A DNA stretch of 61,139 nucleotides from an uncultured bacterium (GCA_966211425.1 CBIHNH010000001.1:1-61139); one strand, 5' to 3'. Positions 8,150-16,040 are shown, numbered from the stretch's first letter. The notes: generated by a model not told the origin, from the sequence alone. Numbers and translations: made by a program.

Positions 8150-9436
8150 ATGAAGCTTCGTGATGTGATCGGGTCGGCTACCTCCAACATGATGCGTAGC
8201 AAGGTCAGGACGATACTAACCATCATCGCGGTCTTTATCGGCGCCTTTACTATCACTATGACGCTCGGCATCAGCGCCGGCATCTCTCGTTATATCGACG
8301 AGCAGGTCAGTAGTATCGGTGCCGAGGACGTCGTTGTCATACAGCCGAAAATCGACATAGATCAAGGCTCTGGGCCAAAAGAGTATGATCCAAAAGAAAA
8401 TGCCGCAGCGAGTGGTCAAGCTGCCTTTATGACCTCGATGCTCGATAGCGACGATGTGCAGACGATAAAGAAAGAGAAGAGACTGGATGATATCCGACCG
8501 ATGCTACTCGTAACTCCCGATTATATCGCTGGAAAAAGTGATAAAAAATACCAACTCAGCATTCAACAGGCTATAGAAAGTACGAGGTTTGAGTATGTCG
8601 CAGGAGGGCTGCCGGACAATGGGAGTGATCAAGCTGAGATATTGATCTCAAAGGATTACGTTGAGCTGCTTGGTTTTGACTCGAGCGACGATGCTGTTGG
8701 CGAAACGGTTCAAGTCGCAACCTCGACGCCACTTGGTGAACAAAGGGTCGTTGAGGCGATCGTAAGCGGTGTGCAACAAATCTCGATCTTGTCCGAAGGC
8801 GGCCTGACTGCAAACAACGCCCTTATCGAGAAACTCTACGCTACCCAAACGGAAGGGCTACCTGCGATCGCTACTGAGCGATATGTCGGTGTTATCGCGA
8901 CTTACGATGCCACGAAAGGCGAAGATGAGTTGTCAGCAATAAAAACTGCACTCGATGCTGAAGGGTATACGGCTTCAACAGTGGCCGACCAGATAGGTGT
9001 CGTCAAAGATGTTATCGATGCGATCACTGCTGTGCTGATATTCTTTGGAGCTATCGCGCTGCTTGCGGCGAGTTTTGGGATAATCAACACGCTCTATATG
9101 TCTGTCCAGGAGCGAACAAAAGAAATCGGACTCATGAAAGCGATTGGCATGAGTCGGTCAAAGGTCTTTCTGCTCTTTAGCGTCGAGGCGATACTCATTG
9201 GTTTCTGGGGAAGTTTGATTGGTGTTGTTGCGGCGTTTGGGGTCGGCCAGGTCGTTAACAAGATCGCCGCAGATAATTTTCTCAAAGGCTTACCAGGGTT
9301 TGAACTTACCGCATTTCCGCTTGCGGATGTTCTTTCGGTAATGTTCGTCATCATGTTGATCGCATTCCTCGCTGGAACGCTACCGGCGCGTCGTGCGGCA
9401 AAACAAGATCCAATCTCGGCCCTACGATACGAATAG
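8150..9436 (+). CDS. ABC transporter permease, FtsX/MacB family with a large extracytoplasmic domain
   Basis: Starts 1 nt after the ATPase stop. One N-terminal TM, a loop of about 240 aa, 3 C-terminal TMs, and ends in the typical PARRAAKQDPISALRYE. Confidence 0.9.
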   Translation: MKLRDVIGSATSNMMRSKVRTILTIIAVFIGAFTITMTLGISAGISRYIDEQVSSIGAEDVVVIQPKIDIDQGSGPKEYDPKENAAASGQAAFMTSMLDSDDVQTIKKEKRLDDIRPMLLVTPDYIAGKSDKKYQLSIQQAIESTRFEYVAGGLPDNGSDQAEILISKDYVELLGFDSSDDAVGETVQVATSTPLGEQRVVEAIVSGVQQISILSEGGLTANNALIEKLYATQTEGLPAIATERYVGVIATYDATKGEDELSAIKTALDAEGYTASTVADQIGVVKDVIDAITAVLIFFGAIALLAASFGIINTLYMSVQERTKEIGLMKAIGMSRSKVFLLFSVEAILIGFWGSLIGVVAAFGVGQVVNKIAADNFLKGLPGFELTAFPLADVLSVMFVIMLIAFLAGTLPARRAAKQDPISALRYE

Positions 9437-9458
9437 CCAGCCACGACCTTCTATTTGG

Positions 9459-9977
9459 CTAGGCGCATTTTGTGATGTCTGATGGTTTGACGTCATACGT
9501 GATCATTATCTCGGGACGCGCGATGGTCCTACGATCGTAGTCGGTTAGCGGCACGAGACTATGCCAATACTGATCGGCTAAGGAGTCGAGTAGTGACGCA
9601 GTCGCGCCGTCAATCATCGCATGTTTGAGAGCGTCGTACTGATCGAGGCTTGAGACGAAGCAGCGCGTAGCGTCGAGTCGTAGCTCCAGTACCACTTCTT
9701 CGCTTTGCCGTATGAACTCGGCGACAGTCAATTCGCTCCCATCGACGATATCAATGACATGACCGTGGATATGGACATAGGCATAGATGTTATCATCTCG
9801 GCTGAGACCTGCTACGAGCAGGCTATCAGGGCGCCGTTTGTCGAGTAGTTGATCGGTTGCGATGATAGCCTTGTCGTCACCCAGCTCTCCGCGCGAATGC
9901 CGCACGAGGCCGTCCTTGAGAATCGATTCGAGATCGTCTGAGTCAACCTGGTGGAAGGCGATAGTCATACGTTTCAT
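9459..9977 (-). CDS. Hypothetical protein (cytoplasmic, acidic)
   Basis: ORF 9459-9995. ATG 9977 (MKRMTIAFHQV) is preferred over GTG 9995. I could assign no family. Confidence 0.6.
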   Translation of the reverse strand: MKRMTIAFHQVDSDDLESILKDGLVRHSRGELGDDKAIIATDQLLDKRRPDSLLVAGLSRDDNIYAYVHIHGHVIDIVDGSELTVAEFIRQSEEVVLELRLDATRCFVSSLDQYDALKHAMIDGATASLLDSLADQYWHSLVPLTDYDRRTIARPEIMITYDVKPSDITKCA

Positions 9978-9993
9978 TATAAATCCTAAGGGC

Positions 9994-10031
9994 ACAAAGA
10001 AGCCCCGAGTCGTTTTGATTCGGGGCTCTTC
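9994..10031 (-). terminator. Terminator hairpin downstream of the LysM-Rpf gene
   Basis: Stem AGCCCCGA (10001-10008) / TCGGGGCT (10020-10027). On the minus strand it is followed by UCUUUGUG. Confidence 0.6.
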
Positions 10032-10049
10032 GTTGTGGTGGGGGTCAGG

Positions 10050-10679
10050 CTAGCTGATGCCAAGCTTTGCGGTACATGCTGGCCATGCACCCCAGCCCTG
10101 GCGGGCTTGAAGCATTTGACCACGCATGATCTGCTCGTCACGGCTTGCGTCGCTTGGCAGACCGCTACCGCCTACTGCTTGCCAGCTCGAAACGCTGAAC
10201 TGCAGGCCGCCATAGTAGCCGTTACCGGTATTGATTGCCCAGTTACCGCCTGACTCACATTGAGCCAAACGATCCCAGACACTGCCTCCGGCAGCTGCTG
10301 GTGCTGCGATCTGTTGAGGTGCTTCGCGGTAGGTGCTCGTCGCAGCGGGTGTCGGTGCGACAGGTGTAACCGGTGCTGGAGCTGCTGCAACAGGCATTGG
10401 GCGTGTCGTCAGCTTTTCGTCTGCAGCCGGAATCCTAACCTGGTCACCAGGGTAGATTAGATTCGGGTTTTCGATCTTAGTATTAGCATCGAACAATCGC
10501 TGGACTGTTGAGCTGTGCTCGGTAGCGATTGCGCTCAGGTAGTCACCTGGCTCGATCGTCACCATTTTTGATTCTGTTTTGTTGACTTTTGGTGCCGGTG
10601 CAGCGTGTGCTACCGGGCTACTTGCGCCGATAATGAGCGTACTCATGATGGCTGCAAGAGATAGTGCGACTAAACGCAT
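10050..10679 (-). CDS. Secreted LysM + Rpf (resuscitation-promoting-factor, lysozyme-like transglycosylase) domain protein
   Basis: Signal peptide MRLVALSLAAIMSTLIIGASSPVAHA. LysM (YLSAIATEHSSTVQRLFDAN...IYPGDQVRIP). Pro/Ala linker. Rpf domain VWDRLAQCESGGNWAINTGNGYYGGLQFSVSSWQAVGG...QGWGAWPACTAKLG. AAGGAGG SD. Confidence 0.93.
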   Translation of the reverse strand: MRLVALSLAAIMSTLIIGASSPVAHAAPAPKVNKTESKMVTIEPGDYLSAIATEHSSTVQRLFDANTKIENPNLIYPGDQVRIPAADEKLTTRPMPVAAAPAPVTPVAPTPAATSTYREAPQQIAAPAAAGGSVWDRLAQCESGGNWAINTGNGYYGGLQFSVSSWQAVGGSGLPSDASRDEQIMRGQMLQARQGWGAWPACTAKLGIS

Positions 10680-10832
10680 TATGGTTGTAACCTCCTTGTG
10701 TGCCAGAACCTGATACCCGCTAACTATTTATCTAATGAATGGGTGGATAACAGGGGTGACATAGGATAAAAAGTCCCCTCCCATGAAAAAACACACAAGG
10801 TCTAGCTTAACCGGTATGAGTATTTATGTCAA
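10680..10832 (-). promoter_or_regulatory. Promoter plus structured 5' leader of the LysM-Rpf gene
   Basis: On the minus strand: TTGACA (10832-10827), 17 nt, TAAGCT (10809-10804). A 9-nt CCUUGUGUG (10800-10792) is perfectly complementary to CACACAAGG (10702-10694), which overlaps the SD AAGGAGG (10697-10691). There is also an internal AGGGGAC/GU..CCCCU hairpin. Confidence 0.45.
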
Positions 10833-10898
10833 GACGACAACAGCGGCGCTTACTGTTTTTGCACGGCTTCTCCAGGGGTGCATCGATGTTGGTATGCT

Positions 10899-11255
10899 TT
10901 ATAATTCTTTGACCATGGCAAGCATTGCAGTAGGGGTCATAGAAGATTTGAGAACGGCGTCGTGAGCCCCCATGCGAAGGGCGCGTTTTTTCGTTTCCGG
11001 TTCAACCATATTACTAAACACTATCACCTTGGTCTTCGTTGATTTCAGCGTTTTGTATTTTGTGAGAAAATCCCACCCATCCATTATCGGCATGTGCAGG
11101 TCAAGAAGTATTATGTCGTAGACCTTCTTTCGTAGAGACGCTATCCCTTCTTTGCCGTTATAGGCTGAGGTCACGTCGTGTCCGGCAGTTTCGAGCATGA
11201 AACTGTAGGCTTCTTGGAGCGTCGCGTCGTCTTCGATAATGAGTATGGCTGCCAT
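10899..11255 (-). CDS. Single-domain (receiver-only, CheY-like) response regulator
   Basis: 118 aa. ILIIEDD, phospho-acceptor context IILLDLHMP, and KVIVFS...K. No output domain. Confidence 0.9.
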   Translation of the reverse strand: MAAILIIEDDATLQEAYSFMLETAGHDVTSAYNGKEGIASLRKKVYDIILLDLHMPIMDGWDFLTKYKTLKSTKTKVIVFSNMVEPETKKRALRMGAHDAVLKSSMTPTAMLAMVKEL

Positions 11256-11280
11256 ACGGGGTACCTCTTATCTCTATAGT

Positions 11281-12951
11281 TTAGCGCTTTTTAACAGAAA
11301 GCGGCAATCGTATCGTAAATGTTGACCCTTCGCCATGTACAGATTTAACCCGTATGGAGCCGCCGTGCAGCCTTACGATAGAGGCGGCGAGGTAAAGCCC
11401 TAGTCCCGAACCACCGACGGTTTTGCTGGCAGGGTCATTGAGGCGGCTAAATTTGTGAAAAAGTTCTGGAACGTCTTTCTTGGCGATGCCGATACCGTTG
11501 TCGACGATTGCCACATAGACGGACGTCGATGTTGTCTGTGTCTCGATAGTGACGGTGCCACCGCTGGGCGTGTACTTGAGCTCATTACTGATGAGGTTGT
11601 CGAGAGCCATTTCAAGGGAGCTGGGGTCCGCTCGGAGCGTAAATGCATCTGTTTCTTTGCGGAACACAACCTTCTGGTTGTTGATGCGGGCGATATGCCT
11701 GTGCGATGCGATGTTGCGTCGAATAATAGCGTGAAGATCGATTGGCTCTTTGCTGATTTTTAGTTTTCCAGACTCTATCGAGGCCAGACTCAGGAGGTTT
11801 TCAATGATTTCCAGCTGGCGATCGTTTGAGTCGTAGGCTTTTTTGGCGAACTCCTGCTGCTTTCGACTGAGTTTGCCCCCGTATCCATCCAGTAGGAGCG
11901 ATAGAAATGCTTTGACACCGCTAGCGGGCGTGCGTAATTGGTGCGAAGCGAGGGAAACGAACTCGCGCTTTGCGCTATCGAGACTGTAAATCATGGTAAC
12001 GTCCTGTGTCACACCGGTTATTTTCACCACAGAGCCATCGGCTCCGACGAGAGGCTGGCCTTCGGCGTGTATATAGCGAGTCTCACCGGAGGGGGTAATG
12101 ATACGGTGATTTGCCTGAAACCCCGTCCTTGTTTTGAGGGCGCTTGCGATGCGTTTTTTGTGAACTTTTGCATCCTCGGGGTGAAGTTTTTTGAGGTATT
12201 CACTGTATTTGAGTCGTTTTGGCTGCTGTTTTACGTCAAATATCTTATAGAGTTCGGATGACCACGTGACCTCGTCCTTCTTAACGTCCCACTCCCAGCT
12301 ACCCAGCTTTGCTATCTCCTGAGCGCGAACAAGCGAGTCTAGACTTTCTCGTAACTGCTGCTGTTTCTCGAACAGCAGCTGAGTGATAAAGTCGACGGCA
12401 AGAGCGATCAGAAAGATAACCGCTGGAAAAAAGACGATAGTGTTCAGTACGTAGGGGAGGTTTAACCTGAGTGTCGGGTCGAATGCGCCAAAGGAATGAA
12501 TTAGACCTTGGTAGTCAGCAATGATGAGTGAAACGTACGACAGGGCGGCTATCATCGCCGAGCCGTACGCTGCTCGCTTGCCAAAGATTGCGGCTGAAAC
12601 TAGGATTGGTATCGAATAAAGGATCGGACTACGGCTCTCGATACCGCCTTTGATAAAGATAAGCGCCGTGATGAGCAAGATATCGAACATGATCCATGCG
12701 ACGGTTAGGTAGCTTTGATAGCGTTGACTACCGTGGAGCTTGGTAAGGACAAAAAATATCAGGTTGCTTGATACCGCAAATGTCGCCAGAGCAATGTCGT
12801 GCTGGACCTGTTCGCTGAGGCCCTCGAACGCGTAGAGGGTGATGGTCCCTGGAACTGCGATAGCAATCAAAAAGAACAAGCGGATATAGGCGTACCACTG
12901 GATTCGTTCCGATAGCTCGCTGACTTCTGACCGTTTTTGGACCCATGCCAT
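11281..12951 (-). CDS. Membrane sensor histidine kinase (multi-TM N-terminus, PAS, HisKA, HATPase_c)
   Basis: About 6 N-terminal TM helices, PAS-like WEWDVKKDEVTWSSELYKIF, H-box SHQLRTPASG, N-box LISNELKYT, G-boxes DNGIGI and GGSGLGL. Confidence 0.92.
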   Translation of the reverse strand: MAWVQKRSEVSELSERIQWYAYIRLFFLIAIAVPGTITLYAFEGLSEQVQHDIALATFAVSSNLIFFVLTKLHGSQRYQSYLTVAWIMFDILLITALIFIKGGIESRSPILYSIPILVSAAIFGKRAAYGSAMIAALSYVSLIIADYQGLIHSFGAFDPTLRLNLPYVLNTIVFFPAVIFLIALAVDFITQLLFEKQQQLRESLDSLVRAQEIAKLGSWEWDVKKDEVTWSSELYKIFDVKQQPKRLKYSEYLKKLHPEDAKVHKKRIASALKTRTGFQANHRIITPSGETRYIHAEGQPLVGADGSVVKITGVTQDVTMIYSLDSAKREFVSLASHQLRTPASGVKAFLSLLLDGYGGKLSRKQQEFAKKAYDSNDRQLEIIENLLSLASIESGKLKISKEPIDLHAIIRRNIASHRHIARINNQKVVFRKETDAFTLRADPSSLEMALDNLISNELKYTPSGGTVTIETQTTSTSVYVAIVDNGIGIAKKDVPELFHKFSRLNDPASKTVGGSGLGLYLAASIVRLHGGSIRVKSVHGEGSTFTIRLPLSVKKR

Positions 12952-12957
12952 TGTTTC

Positions 12958-12963
12958 ATTATA
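12958..12963 (-). promoter_or_regulatory. -10 box TATAAT 6 nt upstream of the kinase ATG (leaderless-type)
   Basis: Minus strand CGCCTATAAT-GAAACA-ATG(12951). Confidence 0.45.
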
Positions 12964-12986
12964 GGCGAATCAGCCGAGGATAACGA

Positions 12987-13019
12987 AATGACGCAGGCGG
13001 TCAAGGCGCCTGCGTCATT
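12987..13019 (-). terminator. Terminator hairpin after the FMN reductase gene
   Basis: 12-13-bp stem ATGACGCAGGCG (12988-12999) / CGCCTGCGTCAT (13007-13018), 7-nt loop. U-containing tail on the minus strand. Confidence 0.65.
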
Positions 13020-13037
13020 GTGGGGGGATGGAGAGGG

Positions 13038-13604
13038 TTAAGCTTGGACGAGCTGATCGACTGCGCTGAGCTGGTTCAGCGCTTCGGTAAGCATCTCAGA
13101 GTTTGCGGTAAATGCTTCATCGACATTTTTAAAGCTGCCGTCTTCGTTGAACATGTCCTGGGTTAGTTGCAGGCCGACTGTTGGCTCTACGATGTGCATC
13201 TTGTGCCAACCGAGGATATCACTCAGATGAGTGGTCGCAGATTTGCCTCCGTCGACGTAACCGTAGCTAACAATAGCGGCAGGTTTTTCTTTCCACTCAG
13301 CGGTTAGATAGTCGATAGCGTTCTTAAGCGCGCCCGGAATGCTACGGTTGTATTCGGCAGTTAGAAAAACAAATGCGTCAGCTGAGCCAACGATTTCAGC
13401 CCATTTTTTGCCATCATCGGTTGTGGTTGGGGCGTATGCGGGAGGAACTGGTGCGTCGAACGCAGGCAGATTTACTTCCTTGAGATCTACGACTTCGAGG
13501 TTAACATCAGCCAGTGCTGCATTTTTTTCCACCCACGCTGCAATCGCTGGTGCGATGCGGTTTTGTCGGGTACTACCTATGATAAGTTTTATGGTTTTAG
13601 CCAT
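13038..13604 (-). CDS. NAD(P)H-dependent FMN reductase family oxidoreductase
   Basis: IKLIIGSTRQNRIAPAIAAWV and FVFLTAEYNRSIPGALKNAIDYL (FMN_red-type motifs). AAAGGAG SD. Confidence 0.88.
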   Translation of the reverse strand: MAKTIKLIIGSTRQNRIAPAIAAWVEKNAALADVNLEVVDLKEVNLPAFDAPVPPAYAPTTTDDGKKWAEIVGSADAFVFLTAEYNRSIPGALKNAIDYLTAEWKEKPAAIVSYGYVDGGKSATTHLSDILGWHKMHIVEPTVGLQLTQDMFNEDGSFKNVDEAFTANSEMLTEALNQLSAVDQLVQA

Positions 13605-13635
13605 GGTGCTCCTTTTAGATTCATGCTATTATATG

Positions 13636-13653
13636 TTGCAAGTGCACTTACAA
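13636..13653. promoter_or_regulatory. Near-perfect 18-bp palindrome, candidate HxlR operator in the divergent promoter region
   Basis: TTGCAAGTGCACTTACAA (one mismatched pair). It lies between the divergent FMN reductase and HxlR-type regulator genes and is flanked by several TATAAT-like boxes. Confidence 0.45.
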
Positions 13654-13691
13654 TAATATAGCACTATATAAACTATAGCAAGTAGATTATT

Positions 13692-14042
13692 ATGCAAACT
13701 CGACAAAGCATCATGAAAACAGAGCAGGACGTATGCGAGAGCCCTAGCTCTGAAGAGCTGTTCAACGAGACACTAAAAGTGCTCGGTGATTTTTGGGTAC
13801 TCAGAATCGTTAGTGCGCTCGAAAGCAGTCCGCAACGATTTTGTGAGCTGGAGAGAACGCTGAAAAACTCAAACCCTGTGACATTGACAAAAAAACTGAA
13901 AAAACTAGAAGAATCAGGCTACGTTATCCGCCAGACTGAGTCTCTCGACAAGCAGTCAGTAAACTATAGTCTGACCGACAAGGGTTACGCCACGCTGCCT
14001 GTGGTGTCGGCTATCAAGCAATTTAGCATCAGCCATTCATAA
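13692..14042 (+). CDS. HxlR-family winged-helix transcriptional regulator
   Basis: LKVLGDFWVLRIVSAL...PQRFCELERTL...SNPVTLTKKLKKLEESGYVIR. Divergent from an oxidoreductase, which is typical for HxlR. Confidence 0.85.
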   Translation: MQTRQSIMKTEQDVCESPSSEELFNETLKVLGDFWVLRIVSALESSPQRFCELERTLKNSNPVTLTKKLKKLEESGYVIRQTESLDKQSVNYSLTDKGYATLPVVSAIKQFSISHS

Positions 14043-14067
14043 AACATCGGCTCTGATCAGCCGTTAC

Positions 14068-14586
14068 ATGACAATGAGTACACGACACATCGACGAACAG
14101 GTGAGTAAACTGATCGGGCGTCTTCCGAAGCGGTTGTCACACGTGTTTCGGCTCTTGGATTACCTTTCCTCGCCGTTTGCTTGGGGCGTTTATCTATTGC
14201 TGCTGCTCGTAATCGGTGCCGACGATATCAACGTCAAGCTGACGGTAGCGGTATTGCTTGCTGTGCCGGTTGCAAGTATTCTGAAACTCTTTTTTAGGCG
14301 GCAACGCCCGCCAACGGTTTATGCTGAAGCGATGAAGATAAAGTCGTATAGTTTCCCGAGCAGCCATGCATACACCGCAGCGCTTGGATGCGGTTACTTG
14401 ATAGGCGCCGGTTTAACCGGAGGGGCTATGGCCATTAGTGCAGTGCTGGTTGCACTCGTGCTTGTCATCGGCATTTCAAGGGTGCACATCGGGGCTCACT
14501 ATCCGTCTGATGTCATTGCCGGATGGCTGCTCGGCATGGCTGTACTTTCGGGGTTACTGGCTATAGCTAGTGCTGGCGGGTTCTGA
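14068..14586 (+). CDS. PAP2-family (phosphatidic acid / undecaprenyl-diphosphate type) membrane phosphatase
   Basis: KLFFRRQRP, SFPSSHA and SRVHIGAHYPSDV, which are the three PAP2 signature motifs. Multi-TM. Confidence 0.88.
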   Translation: MTMSTRHIDEQVSKLIGRLPKRLSHVFRLLDYLSSPFAWGVYLLLLLVIGADDINVKLTVAVLLAVPVASILKLFFRRQRPPTVYAEAMKIKSYSFPSSHAYTAALGCGYLIGAGLTGGAMAISAVLVALVLVIGISRVHIGAHYPSDVIAGWLLGMAVLSGLLAIASAGGF

Positions 14587-14664
14587 CCGATCGATAAAGC
14601 TTATATCCTTGGCGGGCTAACAGTAAAAAAGTGAGTAGAGTGCGAAGCCGTTTCATACAGTGAA

Positions 14665-14823
14665 TTACCTGCGAGGCTTCATATAGCGAAAGCGTCGCGC
14701 GCCGCTGTGTCGATAAAATATAACTTCTTTATCATCTTGCAGATCGAGATCGGCGTGTGTGCCCTCCGGTATTCGATAAACCGTGCCTGGCTTCGGTAGG
14801 GTATGTTCAATTTGCGTACTCAT
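14665..14823 (-). CDS. Small hypothetical protein (52 aa)
   Basis: ORF 14665-14856. The internal ATG at 14823 has a GGGAGG SD 9 nt upstream. No recognisable family. Confidence 0.4.
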   Translation of the reverse strand: MSTQIEHTLPKPGTVYRIPEGTHADLDLQDDKEVIFYRHSGARRFRYMKPRR

Positions 14824-14930
14824 AGTAACGTTCCTCCCACTTAAGTTCGTACGCATAGCATATATGCCTCAAGCACAAGAGGTATGTGAAAAATATAACC
14901 ATTTCAAGAAAAGCGAACGATTGCGAGTGT

Positions 14931-16034
14931 TTATCTCTGTCGGTTCAGGAAGTTAATAACTGTTTGCTCGGCGATCTGTGTCGCGAATCCACCGTGTTGG
15001 TTTTCGAACGAATGTCCGGTTAATGGCAGGCGTATGAGTGAGTGAGGTACGCCGTTATCGGTTAATTTTTGCTCGAGGATGGACGCGTTTTCATGGGCGA
15101 CAAGGTCGTCACGAGTACCTTGCAGGATAAGTGTCGCTGGCGCTTCAGGGGAGACATAGGTGAGGGGCGAGAGTTCATGATATCGGGCAGGGAGCTCCTC
15201 GGGAGTGCCACCGAGAAAAACGAGTTCGGCACTTTTGTCCCGACTGGTGTCGTAATCGAGCTCAAGATCGACGGGAGCGTACAGGGAGACAACCGATCGA
15301 ACGTTATGGTGACGGTATGCTTCGAGTAGCGCAAGATGACCGCCCGCCGATTGACCCAACACGTGTAAGTGGTCGCTAGCAAGGCGAAACTTTGTCGCGT
15401 TCTTTTTGATGAAAACGAGAGCGTCATTGATATCCTGGGGGGTGTCGTGCCAGGTGTGTCTCTCCGGCGATGAGAGACGATAATCGATTGTTATTACCGA
15501 AAAACCTGCTCTCGTCAGTACTTCTGGCCAATTGCCATTCTGGAGATAGTTGCCGTATCGCCAGCCACCACCGTGGAGGATCGCCACGATTGGCCGTGGG
15601 CCTTCGAGGGGTGAGGCATAAAAGGCAAGCCGTAACGACTCACGCCCGACTGCTTTATAGATGTGCTTCGATGTTGGCTGTACGTGCGTCTCGCCGGAAA
15701 AAGTTACATAAGTAACGGGATCAAAGTGAAGTGAAACGCCGTGCTTGTCGGCAGTCATAATGTAGCCCAGCTGCGGCACGCAGAGCCCGACAACCGAAGC
15801 GCTCAGCGCCACCCAGGTCACGACCCTGGCACGACCGTTGCTGATCCAGACCAGAAACAACGAGATGACTATGGCTGCCGTAAAGACTATCACGCTCACC
15901 GCCGCAATACCTGCCGATAGCCCCATATGTATCGGCATCAGCATAATGATGCAGGTGAGGATAATAATTATGTCGACGCCAACCACCAGACGGTCGAGTG
16001 GGCGGCGAAAAGTGGTGCGAGTCGGTTTAGTCAT
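14931..16034 (-). CDS. Membrane-anchored alpha/beta hydrolase (esterase/lipase type)
   Basis: HGGGW oxyanion motif, nucleophile elbow GQSAGGH, C-terminal GHSF. About 3 N-terminal TM helices. ATG 16034 is preferred over GTG 16070 because TATCAT lies 6 nt upstream. Confidence 0.85.
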   Translation of the reverse strand: MTKPTRTTFRRPLDRLVVGVDIIIILTCIIMLMPIHMGLSAGIAAVSVIVFTAAIVISLFLVWISNGRARVVTWVALSASVVGLCVPQLGYIMTADKHGVSLHFDPVTYVTFSGETHVQPTSKHIYKAVGRESLRLAFYASPLEGPRPIVAILHGGGWRYGNYLQNGNWPEVLTRAGFSVITIDYRLSSPERHTWHDTPQDINDALVFIKKNATKFRLASDHLHVLGQSAGGHLALLEAYRHHNVRSVVSLYAPVDLELDYDTSRDKSAELVFLGGTPEELPARYHELSPLTYVSPEAPATLILQGTRDDLVAHENASILEQKLTDNGVPHSLIRLPLTGHSFENQHGGFATQIAEQTVINFLNRQR

Positions 16035-16040
16035 AACATT

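Noticed and set aside
7504-8283. Long antisense ORFs opposite well-supported genes: 7504-8283, 23039-23716, 33487-34083, 36546-37184, 39913-40518, 43313-43870, 45106-45909 and 19553-20059.
   Set aside because: Each lies entirely inside, or across the junctions of, genes with strong family motifs on the other strand. Their translations are low-complexity (Ser/Arg/Ala/Pro-rich), and none has an SD or a -10 box at its start. These are typical shadow ORFs.
9459-9977. The unknown 172-aa protein as an ADP-ribosyltransferase-like (H-Y-E) enzyme, or a toxin/immunity protein. This was based on IAFHQV...LESILKDGL at the N-terminus, NIYAYVH in the middle and ARPEIMI near the C-terminus.
   Set aside because: The resemblance rests on three short, degenerate patterns. 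There is no partner gene suggesting a TA pair, and I could not align it to any ART family from memory. It needs HHpred before any claim.
10742-10750. A DnaA-box-like TTATCCACC on the minus strand of the Rpf leader, which could indicate a replication origin.
   Set aside because: It is a single 8/9 match with no cluster of boxes, no AT-rich unwinding element and no dnaA/dnaN nearby. It is more likely part of the leader RNA structure.
10680-10800. The Rpf leader as a c-di-AMP (ydaO) riboswitch, by analogy with actinobacterial rpfA.
   Set aside because: By eye I could not find the conserved ydaO blocks (GGGGA.CCCA..., ACCCGA.CCG.CAGCUAAC) or its pseudo-two-fold layout, and the leader is rather short. 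I kept it only as a generic structured leader, pending a covariance-model search.
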